From the NCBI GenBank assembly GCA_036497565.1, contig DASXJE010000018.1, positions 71,506 through 135,505 on the forward strand: DNA of 64,000 nt. Direction: 5' to 3'. Positions within the stretch are counted from its first letter, which is position 1. The number at the start of each line of letters is the position of its first letter. Below, piece by piece: positions 28,076 to 38,069 of the stretch. Source of the stretch: Mycobacteriales bacterium (lineage in GTDB: Bacteria; Actinomycetota; Actinomycetes; Mycobacteriales; QHCD01). Below the pieces are notes generated by a model. It saw only the letters and a list, made by a program, of their open reading frames with translations, was not told where the DNA came from and ran no database searches. The position numbers were made by a program, and so were the translations under genes.

Positions 28076-28798
28076 GTGGCGGATGAAGCCGACGAGCACG
28101 CGGGGCTCGAGACGGCGCTCGGGATCACCGTCGACCCGGGCTTGCTTCAGCGCGCCCTGACCCACCGGTCCTACGCCTACGAGCACGGGGGCGCGCCGCA
28201 CAACGAGCGGCTGGAGTTCCTCGGCGACGCGGTGCTCGGGTTGGTGATCACCGACGCCCTCTACCGCGACCATCCCGACCTGCCGGAGGGGCAGCTGGCG
28301 AAGCTGCGCGCCTCGGTCGTCAACATGCGCGCGCTCGCCGGTGTGGCCCGCGGCCTCGGCCCCGGCGGTCTCGGCGCGCACCTGCGGCTCGGCCGCGGCG
28401 AAGAGGCGACCGGCGGGCGGGACAAGGCCAGCATCCTCGCCGACGGCCTCGAGGCGGTCCTCGGCGCTGTCCACCTCGACCGCGGCCTCGACGCCGTCGG
28501 CACGGTCATCCACCGGCTGTTCGACCAGCTGATGGAGGAGGCGATGCTGCGCGGTGCCGGCCTGGACTGGAAGACCAGCCTGCAGGAACTCTCCGCGGCG
28601 CTCGGACTCGGCGCTCCCGACTACCTGATCAGCGAGACCGGCCCGGATCACCGCAAGTCCTTCACGGCGATCGCCCGGGTCAGCGGCGAGCAGTTCGGCG
28701 CAGGCGTCGGGTGCAGCAAGAAGGAAGCCGAGCAGAAGGCCGCCGAGGCCGCCTGGACCGTGCTGCAGGCGCGGTCGGTCGCCGCCGACGAAGCCTGA
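28076..28798 (+). CDS. rnc: Ribonuclease III
   Basis: [33 protein letters not shown], dsRBD. Confidence 0.96.
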   Translation: MADEADEHAGLETALGITVDPGLLQRALTHRSYAYEHGGAPHNERLEFLGDAVLGLVITDALYRDHPDLPEGQLAKLRASVVNMRALAGVARGLGPGGLGAHLRLGRGEEATGGRDKASILADGLEAVLGAVHLDRGLDAVGTVIHRLFDQLMEEAMLRGAGLDWKTSLQELSAALGLGAPDYLISETGPDHRKSFTAIARVSGEQFGAGVGCSKKEAEQKAAEAAWTVLQARSVAADEA

Positions 28799-28810
28799 CG
28801 GGCGCCGTCG

Positions 28811-29665
28811 ATGCCGGAACTGCCGGAGGTCGAGATCGTCCGCCGCGGCCTGGCCCGCTGGGTGGTGGGCCGCACCGTCACCGACGTCGAGGTCCTCCAT
28901 CCGCGCGCCGTACGCCGTCACCTCTCCGGACCGGCCGGGTTCGCCGCCGGGCTGCGCGGCCGGACCATCACCGCGGCCTGCCGCCGGGGCAAGTACCTGT
29001 GGCTGCCCCTCGACTCCGGCGACGCCGTACTGGCCCATCTCGGGATGAGTGGTCAGCTCCTGGTGCGGCCGACCGGGGCGCCGGACGAAACCCATCTGCG
29101 GGTGCGGATCCGCTTCGCCGACGGCGACACCGAACTCCGGTTCGTCGACCAGCGCACCTTCGGCGGTCTCTCGCTCGAGGCCGACAGCGACGGCCTGCCC
29201 GCGCCGATCCGGCACATCGCCCCCGATCCGCTCGACCCGGCCTTCGACGACGCGGCCTTCACCGCCGCGCTCCGGCGTCGTCGTACGGCGGTCAAGCGCG
29301 CCCTGCTCGATCAGACCCTCGTCTCCGGGATCGGCAACATCTACGCCGACGAGGCGTTGTGGCGGGCCCGCCTGCACGGCACCCGGCCGACCGAGACGCT
29401 GACACGTCCGGTGATCGCCCGGCTGCTGGCGGCGGTTCGGGAGGTGCTGACGGAGGCCCTCGACGCGGGCGGGACCTCGTTCGACGCGCTCTACGTCAAC
29501 GTCAACGGCGAGAGCGGATTCTTCGACCGGTCGCTGGACGTCTACGGGCGGGCCGGGTTGCCGTGCCGGCGCTGCGGTACGCCGATCCGCCGCGAACCGT
29601 TCATGAACCGGTCGAGCTTCACCTGTCCGCGCTGCCAGCCCAGACCGCGGCGGGCCCGCGGCTGA
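28811..29665 (+). CDS. mutM: Formamidopyrimidine-DNA glycosylase
   Basis: [39 protein letters not shown]...CPRCQ. Confidence 0.96.
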   Translation: MPELPEVEIVRRGLARWVVGRTVTDVEVLHPRAVRRHLSGPAGFAAGLRGRTITAACRRGKYLWLPLDSGDAVLAHLGMSGQLLVRPTGAPDETHLRVRIRFADGDTELRFVDQRTFGGLSLEADSDGLPAPIRHIAPDPLDPAFDDAAFTAALRRRRTAVKRALLDQTLVSGIGNIYADEALWRARLHGTRPTETLTRPVIARLLAAVREVLTEALDAGGTSFDALYVNVNGESGFFDRSLDVYGRAGLPCRRCGTPIRREPFMNRSSFTCPRCQPRPRRARG

Positions 29666-29707
29666 GCAGGTCGGTGCGCCGGCGAGGTCGTGTGCTTGGC
29701 TGTGCCG

Positions 29708-30859
29708 ATGCCACTATCGCCACGGCACTACGAGCATCTCGGGTCCTATAGCGACTGGGCCGACTGGAACCTGCTCCGGCTCGCGAACCGCCCGCCCGGC
29801 AAGGACGCCTGCGCCGACATCGACGACCTTCTCGACGTCCGTGCGGACGAGCAACCCGCCGACGTGCGGGTCGAGCGGAGCTGGGTCCGGGACGGGCTGG
29901 CCGGCGAGGAACTGTCGTGGTCGGTCGGCTACGGCCCTCGCACCAGGGCGTGGCTGTTGAAGCCGGTCGGCGCCGCCGGGCCGCTGCCCGCCGTACTCGG
30001 ACTGCACGGCCACGACGGCGTGAAGTTCTACGGCAAGGAGAAGATCGCGGACGGTCCCGACCCGGTCCCGCCCGCAGTGACGGCGCTGCGCGGCGACCTC
30101 TACGAGGGCCGGGCCTTCGCCAACGCACTCGCCGCCGAGGGCAACGTCGTCCTCGTCACCGACGTGTTCGGGTGGGGTTCGCGGCGGTTCCCGCTCGCGG
30201 AGATGCCGCCGGTGCTGCAGCGGCTGGCGGGCACCGCCGACGTACTGCCCGAAGGCTCCGCGGACGGTGCGCCCGAGGAGTTCGCCCGCTACAACGCCGC
30301 GGCCTACCACCACGAGCACCTGGTCGAGAAATACTGCACGCTGCTCGGCACGACCCTGGCCGCGGTCGTCTCCAGAGAGGACCGCATCGCGCTGTCCTAC
30401 CTGCAGTCCCGGCCCGACGTCACCGACCGGATCGGTTGCGTCGGACTCTCCGGGGGCGGGTGCCGCGCGGCGCTTCTCGCCGCTACCGCCGACCGGCTCG
30501 CCGCGGCGGTTGTCGTCGGGATGATGAGCACCTACGGCGAGCTGCTGGATCACAACGTGATCAGCCACACCTGGATGTTCCTGCCCGCCGGGCTCGTCCG
30601 CGCCGGCTACGACTGGCCCGACCTGGCCGCCTGCCGCGCGCCCCGGCCGTTGTTCGTGCAGTACAACCGCGCCGATCCGTTGTTCCCGCTCAGCGGGGAG
30701 CAGGCGGCGCACGAGAAGATCCGCGCGCAGTACGCCGAGGCCGGCGCGGTCGACGCCTATCGCGGCGAGTTCTACGACGGCCCGCACAAGTTCGATCTCG
30801 CCATGCAGGCGGACGCCTTCGGCTGGCTGCGCGACCGCCTGGTGGGCGCCCCGCGATGA
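29708..30859 (+). CDS. Alpha/beta hydrolase (dienelactone hydrolase/acetylxylan esterase-like)
   Basis: AVLGLHGH, GCVGLSGGG nucleophile elbow, DWPDLAAC.APRPL, GPHKFD. Confidence 0.8.
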   Translation: MPLSPRHYEHLGSYSDWADWNLLRLANRPPGKDACADIDDLLDVRADEQPADVRVERSWVRDGLAGEELSWSVGYGPRTRAWLLKPVGAAGPLPAVLGLHGHDGVKFYGKEKIADGPDPVPPAVTALRGDLYEGRAFANALAAEGNVVLVTDVFGWGSRRFPLAEMPPVLQRLAGTADVLPEGSADGAPEEFARYNAAAYHHEHLVEKYCTLLGTTLAAVVSREDRIALSYLQSRPDVTDRIGCVGLSGGGCRAALLAATADRLAAAVVVGMMSTYGELLDHNVISHTWMFLPAGLVRAGYDWPDLAACRAPRPLFVQYNRADPLFPLSGEQAAHEKIRAQYAEAGAVDAYRGEFYDGPHKFDLAMQADAFGWLRDRLVGAPR

Positions 30860-31143
30860 GCGAGGGCGAGGAGTCCGCCCGGCTGACGGTGTGGGTGCAC
30901 GGGCGGGTGCAGGGGGTCGGATTCCGGTGGTGGGTGTGCGACCGCGCCGCCGACCTCGGCCTGGTCGGCTCGGCGACCAATCTGCCCGACGGCGAGGTGG
31001 AGGTGGTCGCCGAGGGACCGGCGCGGGCCTGCCGCGCCCTGCTGCAGGTTCTCCGCGACCCCGGGTCACCCGGCCGGGTCCAGCGGCTCACCGAGCGGTG
31101 GGGTCCACCTTCAGGCCGTCTCAGGGGGTTCGTGGCCCGATGA
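30856..31143 (+). CDS. acyP: Acylphosphatase
   Basis: VHGRVQGVGFR...GSATNLPDGEVEVVAEG. Confidence 0.9.
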   Translation: MSEGEESARLTVWVHGRVQGVGFRWWVCDRAADLGLVGSATNLPDGEVEVVAEGPARACRALLQVLRDPGSPGRVQRLTERWGPPSGRLRGFVAR

Positions 31144-31261
31144 CCGTGCCGAGGTTTGACCGAAACGGATGAGGCGTGGGAAGCTCAAGGCACCGCAGCA
31201 CGTCGGCACACTGGCACGACGTGCATCGACCCCCTAGGTCAGTCGCGTGGAGGCCGCCCTA

Positions 31262-31486
31262 ATGGCCAAGGCCTTGTACGGGCACATTGGCGTCGCACCA
31301 GACCGTCGGTTCGCTGACGAGTTGATCTTCCTTCGGACCCGGGTTCGGGACTTGGAGGGCGAGGTCGACCGGCTCCGGGCCGAACGGGACGCTCCACTGC
31401 CCACAGACTCCGAGCCGCTCGCCGAGGAAGCGCTCGACGAGCGCCTGCACGACCTCTCCGAGCTTTCCGAGCCGGCTCTGGCGTAG
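31262..31486 (+). CDS. Small coiled-coil protein of a type seen upstream of actinobacterial smc
   Basis: MAKALYGHIG...LRTRVRDLEGEVDRLRAE; SD GGAGG. Confidence 0.7.
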   Translation: MAKALYGHIGVAPDRRFADELIFLRTRVRDLEGEVDRLRAERDAPLPTDSEPLAEEALDERLHDLSELSEPALA

Positions 31487-31668
31487 CGCGCCGTACTGGC
31501 GCCTGCCGCTCCGGCCGTTCTGACGCACGTCGTCGTGCCCGCACCCTGCGAGTCTTCCGCTTCGATCCGGTCGGGCGCGGTAGCGTGTCGCTGGTCCGTG
31601 CGAGCGTTTTCCTTGCCGACCGTCGCTCGCCGGTCCGACCGACGCAGGATCGAGCCGCTCGGAGACCC

Positions 31669-34600
31669 GTGCACCTGAAAACGCTGACGCTCAAGGGCTT
31701 CAAGTCCTTTGCCTCTGCCACGACGCTTCGTCTCGAGCCCGGTGTGACCTGTGTCGTCGGCCCGAACGGGTCGGGCAAGTCCAACGTCGTCGACGCGATC
31801 GCGTGGGTGCTCGGCGAGCAGGGCGCCAAGGCACTGCGCGGCGGCAAGATGGAAGACGTCATCTTCGCCGGCAGCGGCGGTTCTGCCGGCCCCAACGGTG
31901 TCGCGGGCCGGCCGCCGCTCGGTCGGGCCGAAGTGACTCTCACGATCGACAACTCCGACGGTGCGCTGGACATCGATTACACCGAGGTGTCGATCACGCG
32001 GCGGATGTTCCGGTCCGGGGAGAGCGAGTACGAGATCAACGGCAGCACCTGCCGGCTGCTCGACATCCAGGAGCTCCTCTCCGACTCCGGTATCGGCCGG
32101 GAGATGCACGTCGTCGTCGGGCAGGGTCAGCTCGACGCGGTGCTGCAGGCCCGCCCGGAGGACCGCCGTGGCTTCATCGAAGAGGCGGCCGGCGTCCTCA
32201 AACACCGCAAGCGCAAGGAAAAGGCGTTGCGCAAGCTCGACGCCATGCAGGCCAACCTGACCCGGCTCACCGACCTGACGTCGGAGCTGCGCCGTCAGCT
32301 CAAGCCGTTGGGGCGACAGGCCGAGGTGGCCCGGCGGGCCGCCACCATTCAGGCCGAGGTGCGGGACTCCCGGCTGCGGCTGCTCGCCGACGACCTGGTC
32401 GGGCTGCAGTCCACCCTCGACCGTGAGGTCGCCGACGAGACCGCCGTCCGCGAGCGCCGTACCGACGTCGAGCGCCGCATCGCCACCGAACAGCAGAGCG
32501 AGAGCGAGCTGGAGCGGCTGCTCGCCGCGGACGCGCCGCGGCTCGAGGCCGCGCAGGAGACCTGGTACCGGCTGTCCGGGCTGCGGGAGCGGTTCGCCGG
32601 GACGGCGCGGCTCGCCGCCGAACGGGCCCGGCACCTGTCCGCCCCACTCGACCCGGCACCGCCCGGGCGCGACCCGGACGAGCTGGAGGCCGAGGCGGAG
32701 GAGATCGTCGCCGAGGAGCACGCGGTCGCCGACGAGTTGGCCGGCGACCGCGACCGGCTCGCCACCGCCGTCGAGCAGCGGGCCGCCCTGGAGCAGCGCC
32801 TCGCCGCCGCGGAACGTGAGCTGGTGGCGGCGGTCCGGGCCGTCGCCGACCGCCGGGAGGGCATCGCGACCCTGGCCGGGCAGGTCGATGCGCTGCGGTC
32901 GCGGGCCTCGGCCGGCGGCGAGGAGATCGACCGGCTGTCCGTCGCTGCCGAGCAGGCCCGCGGACGGGCCGCGGAGGCGGCGAGCGACTTCGACGCACTG
33001 CAGTCACAGGTCGGCGCGCTCGACGAGGGCGAGCTCGGACTCGACGAGCGACACGAGGCGGCGGTCGGGCGGCACGAGGAGGCCCGCACCCGCTTCGATG
33101 CGCTCGTCGACACCGAGCGCGACCTCGAACGGGACCGCACGTCGTGGGAGGCCCGCCGGGAGGCGCTGGCCCTCGGGCTGGCCCGCAAGGACGGTGCCGG
33201 CGCTCTGCTCGCCGCCCGCGACCGCGTCGGCGGCGTCCTGGGCTCCGTCGCGGCGTTGCTCAGCGTCCAACCCGGTCGGGAGCCCGCGCTTGCCGCGGCC
33301 CTCGGCGACCTGGCCGACGCGGTGGCCGTGGCCTCGCCGGACGACGCCGTACGCGCGCTGCGGATGCTCAAGTCCGACGAGGGCGGTCGCGCGGGCCTGC
33401 TGATCGGCGCGCCGGAGCCGGCCGGTCCGGCCGCTCCCGACGCGACGTCCGGCTGGCCCACCCTGCCGGCGGGTGCCCATTGGGCGGCCGACCTGCTGTC
33501 GGCGCCCGAGGCGTTGCGGCCGGCGCTCTACCGGGCTCTTGACCGGGTCGCGGTCGTCGAGGATCTCGATGCCGCGACGGCGCTGATCGCCGCCGACCCG
33601 ACGATCCGGGCCGTCACGCCCGAGGGCGATCTGCTCGGTGCTCACCGGGCGGTCGGCGGCTCGGCCAGCGCCCCGAGTGTGATCGAGGTGCAGGCCGCGG
33701 TCGACGAGGCGCAGCAGCGGGCCGACGAGGCGAGCCGGCGGGCGACCGAGGTGCGCCGCCAGATCGAGGAGACCCGCGCGCTCGTGGCGACGCGGGCCGA
33801 GGAGGTGCAGGCCGCCCTCGCCGCCCTGCACGAGTCCGACGCGAAGATGTCAGCGGTGGCCGAGCAGTTGGCCCATCTCGGGGCGGCGGCCCGGTCGTCG
33901 GCGGCCGAGGCCGAACGACTGGAACGCGCCCGCACCGAGGCCGAAGCGGCCCGTGAGCGCGACCTCGCCGGCCTCGCCGACGCCGAGCAGCGCCTGCACG
34001 CCGCCCGCGACACGCAAGGCGAGGACGAGCCGTCCACAATGGACCGCGACGACGCCACGACCGCCCTGCAGCAGGCCCGCCAGGTTGAGGTCGACGCGCG
34101 TCTTGCGGTGCGCACGGGAGAGGAACGGGTCCGGGCCATGACCGGACGGGCGGAGTCGCTGCGGCGGGCCGCCGAAGCCGAGCGCGTCGAACGGACCCGC
34201 CGCGAGGCGGCGCGGGTCACCCGCGCCCGCGGCGCCCTGGTGGCCGAGGCCGCGGCGTCGACCGCGGAGGCGACCCTGCAGCGGCTCGCCGGGTCGCTCG
34301 CCGACGCCGACGACGAGCGGACCGCCGTCGCGTCCTCCCGGAAGACCCGCGACGCCGAACTGGCTCAGGTCCGTACGGCCGCCCGCGAGCTCGCCACCGA
34401 GCTCGACCGGCTGACCGACATCGTCCACCGCGACGAGGTCGCCCGCACCGAACAGCGATTGCGGATCGACGCGCTGCAGACCCGCGCCGCCGAGGAGTAC
34501 GGCGTCGACGTGGACGCGCTCGTCGCTGACTACGGACCGCAGGCGCCGATGCCGCCGTCGGCGGCCGAGCAGGCCGAATACGAGACCGCCCGGGATCGCG

Positions 34601-35298
34601 GCGAGCAGGTCGTCGCCCCGACGCCGACGGCGTTCGACCGCCGGGCCTGCGAAAAGCGGGCGGCCCGGGCGGAGCGCGATCTCGCGGTGCTGGGGAAGGT
34701 CAACCCGCTCGCCCTGGAGGAGTTCGCCGCGCTGGAGGAACGCCACCAGTTCCTGTCCGGGCAGCTGGAGGACCTCAAGGCCACCCGCCGCGACCTGCTC
34801 ACGGTCGTGCACGAGGTCGACGAGCGGATCCACGAGGTGTTTGCGTCGGCATTCGACGACACGGCCCGGGAGTTCGCGCTCGTCTTCGCGACGCTGTTCC
34901 CCGGCGGCGAGGGCCGGTTGTCGTTGACCGACCCGGATGACCTGCTGACGACGGGGGTCGAGGTCGAGGCCCGTCCGCCCGGCAAGCGGGTGAAGCGGCT
35001 GTCGCTGCTCTCCGGCGGCGAGCGCTCGCTGGTGGCGGTCGCGTTGCTCGTGGCGATCTTCCGGGCCCGCCCTTCGCCGTTCTACGTCCTGGACGAGATC
35101 GAGGCGGCGCTCGACGACACCAACCTCGAGCGGCTGATCGGGCTGCTCGAGGAGCTGCGCGACGCCAGCCAACTCATCGTGATCACCCACCAGAAGCGCA
35201 CGATGGAGATCGCCGACGCCCTCTACGGCGCCAGCATGCGCGGCGACGGCGTCACCACGTTGATCAGCCAGCGGCTGCGCGAGCTCGCGACCGCCTGA
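31669..35298 (+). CDS. smc: Chromosome segregation ATPase SMC
   Basis: MHLKTLTLKGFKSFA, VVGPNGSGKSN, coiled coils and hinge, LSGGE, VLDEIEAALD. Confidence 0.97.
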   Translation: MHLKTLTLKGFKSFASATTLRLEPGVTCVVGPNGSGKSNVVDAIAWVLGEQGAKALRGGKMEDVIFAGSGGSAGPNGVAGRPPLGRAEVTLTIDNSDGALDIDYTEVSITRRMFRSGESEYEINGSTCRLLDIQELLSDSGIGREMHVVVGQGQLDAVLQARPEDRRGFIEEAAGVLKHRKRKEKALRKLDAMQANLTRLTDLTSELRRQLKPLGRQAEVARRAATIQAEVRDSRLRLLADDLVGLQSTLDREVADETAVRERRTDVERRIATEQQSESELERLLAADAPRLEAAQETWYRLSGLRERFAGTARLAAERARHLSAPLDPAPPGRDPDELEAEAEEIVAEEHAVADELAGDRDRLATAVEQRAALEQRLAAAERELVAAVRAVADRREGIATLAGQVDALRSRASAGGEEIDRLSVAAEQARGRAAEAASDFDALQSQVGALDEGELGLDERHEAAVGRHEEARTRFDALVDTERDLERDRTSWEARREALALGLARKDGAGALLAARDRVGGVLGSVAALLSVQPGREPALAAALGDLADAVAVASPDDAVRALRMLKSDEGGRAGLLIGAPEPAGPAAPDATSGWPTLPAGAHWAADLLSAPEALRPALYRALDRVAVVEDLDAATALIAADPTIRAVTPEGDLLGAHRAVGGSASAPSVIEVQAAVDEAQQRADEASRRATEVRRQIEETRALVATRAEEVQAALAALHESDAKMSAVAEQLAHLGAAARSSAAEAERLERARTEAEAARERDLAGLADAEQRLHAARDTQGEDEPSTMDRDDATTALQQARQVEVDARLAVRTGEERVRAMTGRAESLRRAAEAERVERTRREAARVTRARGALVAEAAASTAEATLQRLAGSLADADDERTAVASSRKTRDAELAQVRTAARELATELDRLTDIVHRDEVARTEQRLRIDALQTRAAEEYGVDVDALVADYGPQAPMPPSAAEQAEYETARDRGEQVVAPTPTAFDRRACEKRAARAERDLAVLGKVNPLALEEFAALEERHQFLSGQLEDLKATRRDLLTVVHEVDERIHEVFASAFDDTAREFALVFATLFPGGEGRLSLTDPDDLLTTGVEVEARPPGKRVKRLSLLSGGERSLVAVALLVAIFRARPSPFYVLDEIEAALDDTNLERLIGLLEELRDASQLIVITHQKRTMEIADALYGASMRGDGVTTLISQRLRELATA

Positions 35299-35352
35299 CG
35301 CCGGCTCGGGTCGAGTCGCCGGGCGCCACCACGCCTGACAGAATCACCGTCC

Positions 35353-37035
35353 GTGACTTCTGAGCTCTCCGACGCCGTACCCGGCGAAGCCCGTCCCTGG
35401 TGGCGCGACGCCGTCATCTACCAGGTCTACCTGCGCTCGTTCGCCGACGGGACGGGCGACGGTCTCGGCGACATCGCCGGGATCAGGTCCCGGCTGCCGT
35501 ATCTCGCCGACCTCGGTGTCGACGCGATCTGGATCAATCCGTGGTACCCGTCGCCGCAGGCCGACGGCGGCTATGACGTGGCCGACTTCCGGGCGATCGA
35601 TCCGGCGTTCGGGACCCTGCCCGAGGCCGAGGCGCTGCTCGACGAGGCGCACCGGCACGGCATCCGGGTGATCCTCGACATCGTCCCCAACCACACCAGC
35701 GACCAGCATCCGTGGTTCCAGCAGGCACTGGCCGCCGGACCCGGATCGCCCGAACGCGACCGCTACGTCTTCCGTGCCGGCCGCGGCGAGAACGGTGACA
35801 CACCACCCACCAACTGGACGTCGACCTTCGGCGGACCGGCGTGGCGGCGGGTCACCGGATCCGACGGCACGCCGGGGGAGTGGTACCTGCACCTGTTCGC
35901 CCCGGAGCAGCCCGACCTCAACTGGGAGAACCCGGCGGTGGCCGCCGAATTCGAAGACGTGCTGCGCTTCTGGTTCGACCGTGGCGTGGACGGCTTCCGC
36001 ATCGACGTGGCGCACGGTCTGGCCAAGGACCCGACCTACCCCGACCTGCCCGAGATCTGGGCGGCGCCGGAGGAGCCACCGTTCGGGACCGTCCACCCGG
36101 CGTGGGACCAGGACGCGGTGCACGAGATCTACCGGTCCTGGCGCAAGATCGCCGACTCCTACGACGAGCCGCGCATCTTCGTCGGCGAGGCGTGGGTGTC
36201 ACCGGCCGAACGGCTGGCCCGCTACGTCCGCCCCGACGAGTTGCACACGACGTTCAACTTCGACTTCCTCAAGGCGCCGTGGGACGCGGCGGCGATGCGG
36301 GCCGTGATCGACGAGTCGACCCGGTCGATCGGGTCGGTCGGTGCCCCGACGACCTGGGTGCTCTCCAACCACGACGTCGTCCGGCACGTCACCCGCTACG
36401 GCCGCCCGGCCGGCCGCGAGAACGCCAACGCCGGAGCGGTCGAGGCCTCACTCGAAGTCGGGCTACGCCGGGCCCGGGCCGCTGCGCTGCTCGAGCTCGC
36501 CCTGCCCGGCGGCGCCTACGTCTACCAGGGGGAGGAACTCGGCCTCGAGGAGGTCGAAGACCTTCCGGTCGAGGTGCTGCAGGACCCGGTCTGGGAGCGC
36601 TCGAAGCACACCAACCGCGGGCGGGACGGCTCCCGGGTGCCGATTCCGTGGTCGGGTGACCGGTCGCCGTTCGGGTTCGGTCCGGCCGGCTCGACCCCGT
36701 GGCTACCTCAGCCGGCGGGCTGGAAGGACCGCACCGCCGACGCGCAGGCGGACGACCCGGCCTCGACCTTGTCGCTCTACCGCGCGGCGCTGCGGATCCG
36801 ACACGAGCAGCCGGCGCTCGGGGACGGAACCTTCGAATGGCTCGAGTCGGCGCCCGGAGTGCTGGCCTTCGCCCGCGAGCCCGGCTTCGTCTGTCTGGTG
36901 AACATGTCTCCCGGCCCGGCGGTGCTCCCGCCGTACGACGAGGTGCTGCTCGCCAGCGAGCCGTTCGACGACCGCGCCGACCCGCGGCTGCCCGTCGACC
37001 ACGCCGTCTGGCTCAGGGTCCCGTCAGCGCGCTGA
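35353..37035 (+). CDS. GH13 alpha-glucosidase / oligo-1,6-glucosidase-like
   Basis: WWRDAVIYQVY, DGGYDV, VPNHTS, QPDLNW, GFRIDVAH (nucleophile D), GEAW (acid/base E), SNHD. Confidence 0.93.
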   Translation: MTSELSDAVPGEARPWWRDAVIYQVYLRSFADGTGDGLGDIAGIRSRLPYLADLGVDAIWINPWYPSPQADGGYDVADFRAIDPAFGTLPEAEALLDEAHRHGIRVILDIVPNHTSDQHPWFQQALAAGPGSPERDRYVFRAGRGENGDTPPTNWTSTFGGPAWRRVTGSDGTPGEWYLHLFAPEQPDLNWENPAVAAEFEDVLRFWFDRGVDGFRIDVAHGLAKDPTYPDLPEIWAAPEEPPFGTVHPAWDQDAVHEIYRSWRKIADSYDEPRIFVGEAWVSPAERLARYVRPDELHTTFNFDFLKAPWDAAAMRAVIDESTRSIGSVGAPTTWVLSNHDVVRHVTRYGRPAGRENANAGAVEASLEVGLRRARAAALLELALPGGAYVYQGEELGLEEVEDLPVEVLQDPVWERSKHTNRGRDGSRVPIPWSGDRSPFGFGPAGSTPWLPQPAGWKDRTADAQADDPASTLSLYRAALRIRHEQPALGDGTFEWLESAPGVLAFAREPGFVCLVNMSPGPAVLPPYDEVLLASEPFDDRADPRLPVDHAVWLRVPSAR

Positions 37036-37906
37036 CCAGACCCGAGACGTAGCGCTCGAGGATCGTGCCGTCGGCGTCGTGGGTCGGGTTGACCTCGGTG
37101 AGCACCAGACCGGCGCAGGACTCGTGCCGGACCAGCACAGCCAGGGCGGCGAGCACCGCGTCGAGGGGAACACCGCTGTCGTAGTGCGGGAAGTTGCCCA
37201 GCGGCAGGTCACCGGAGTCGACCACGTCGACGTCGAGGTGTACGACGACGGGCCCGGACGCGCCGGCCACCCGGGCGATGGCCTCCTCGGCGACCTTCTC
37301 CGGTGCGCCGGCCAGGTCCGGGCCGGCGAAGTATCCGACACCGCGCTGCTCGAGGAACGCATGCCCGGAAGCGTCGACCTCCCGCGGATCGCAGCCGACC
37401 AGGCACAGCCGGGCCGGCTCGACGAGAGCTCCCGGGCGGTTCAGACCGGCCAGTCGGGGCGCGCCGGCTCCGAGCAGATGGGCGACCCCCATGGAGTCGA
37501 AGATCCCGGACTCGGTGTGCTCCGGCGTTCCCACGTCGGCGTCTCCGTCGACGTAGACCAGGCCCGTGTCGTCGCGGATCCGGCCGAATCCCGCCATCAC
37601 GCCGAGCGTAAGGGTGCAGTCGCCGCCGAGCACCAGGGGCCGGCGCCCGTCCCGGACCACGTCGGCGACCCGGTCGGCGAGCCCGATCGCCGCGGCCACC
37701 ACCCCGTCGAGATTGCGCTCGCGCGGGTGGGCCGGGTCGGCGACGAACGGAGTGACCGGCAGGTCGCCGCCGTCGACGATCGACATCCCACCGTCGCGCA
37801 GCCGGTCGAGGAGTCCGGCCCGGCGCAGGGCCGCGGGCGCGCGCTCCTGACCTGCATGGTGCGCCCCGGCACTGCTCGGTGCCCCGATTGCTTCCCACTC
37901 GGCCAT
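37013..37906 (-). CDS. Arginase/ureohydrolase-family protein with non-canonical metal ligands
   Basis: LGGDCT, YVDGDADVGTP, HLDVDVVD, LTEVNP. Confidence 0.8.
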   Translation of the reverse strand: MAEWEAIGAPSSAGAHHAGQERAPAALRRAGLLDRLRDGGMSIVDGGDLPVTPFVADPAHPRERNLDGVVAAAIGLADRVADVVRDGRRPLVLGGDCTLTLGVMAGFGRIRDDTGLVYVDGDADVGTPEHTESGIFDSMGVAHLLGAGAPRLAGLNRPGALVEPARLCLVGCDPREVDASGHAFLEQRGVGYFAGPDLAGAPEKVAEEAIARVAGASGPVVVHLDVDVVDSGDLPLGNFPHYDSGVPLDAVLAALAVLVRHESCAGLVLTEVNPTHDADGTILERYVSGLVSALTGP

Positions 37907-38069
37907 TTGTGGTCGACCTCCGTCACCGGCTAATCACTTTCACTGGTTACTACTCCCACCTTCGTACCGCACCGGCACCACCGTTGCAACCGGCGAACGG
38001 CGTACGCCGGTTACGGGCAGGCGAGCACGGGGGCGTCAGGGGTGCGCGCCGCTCTGAGAGGATCGCCGC

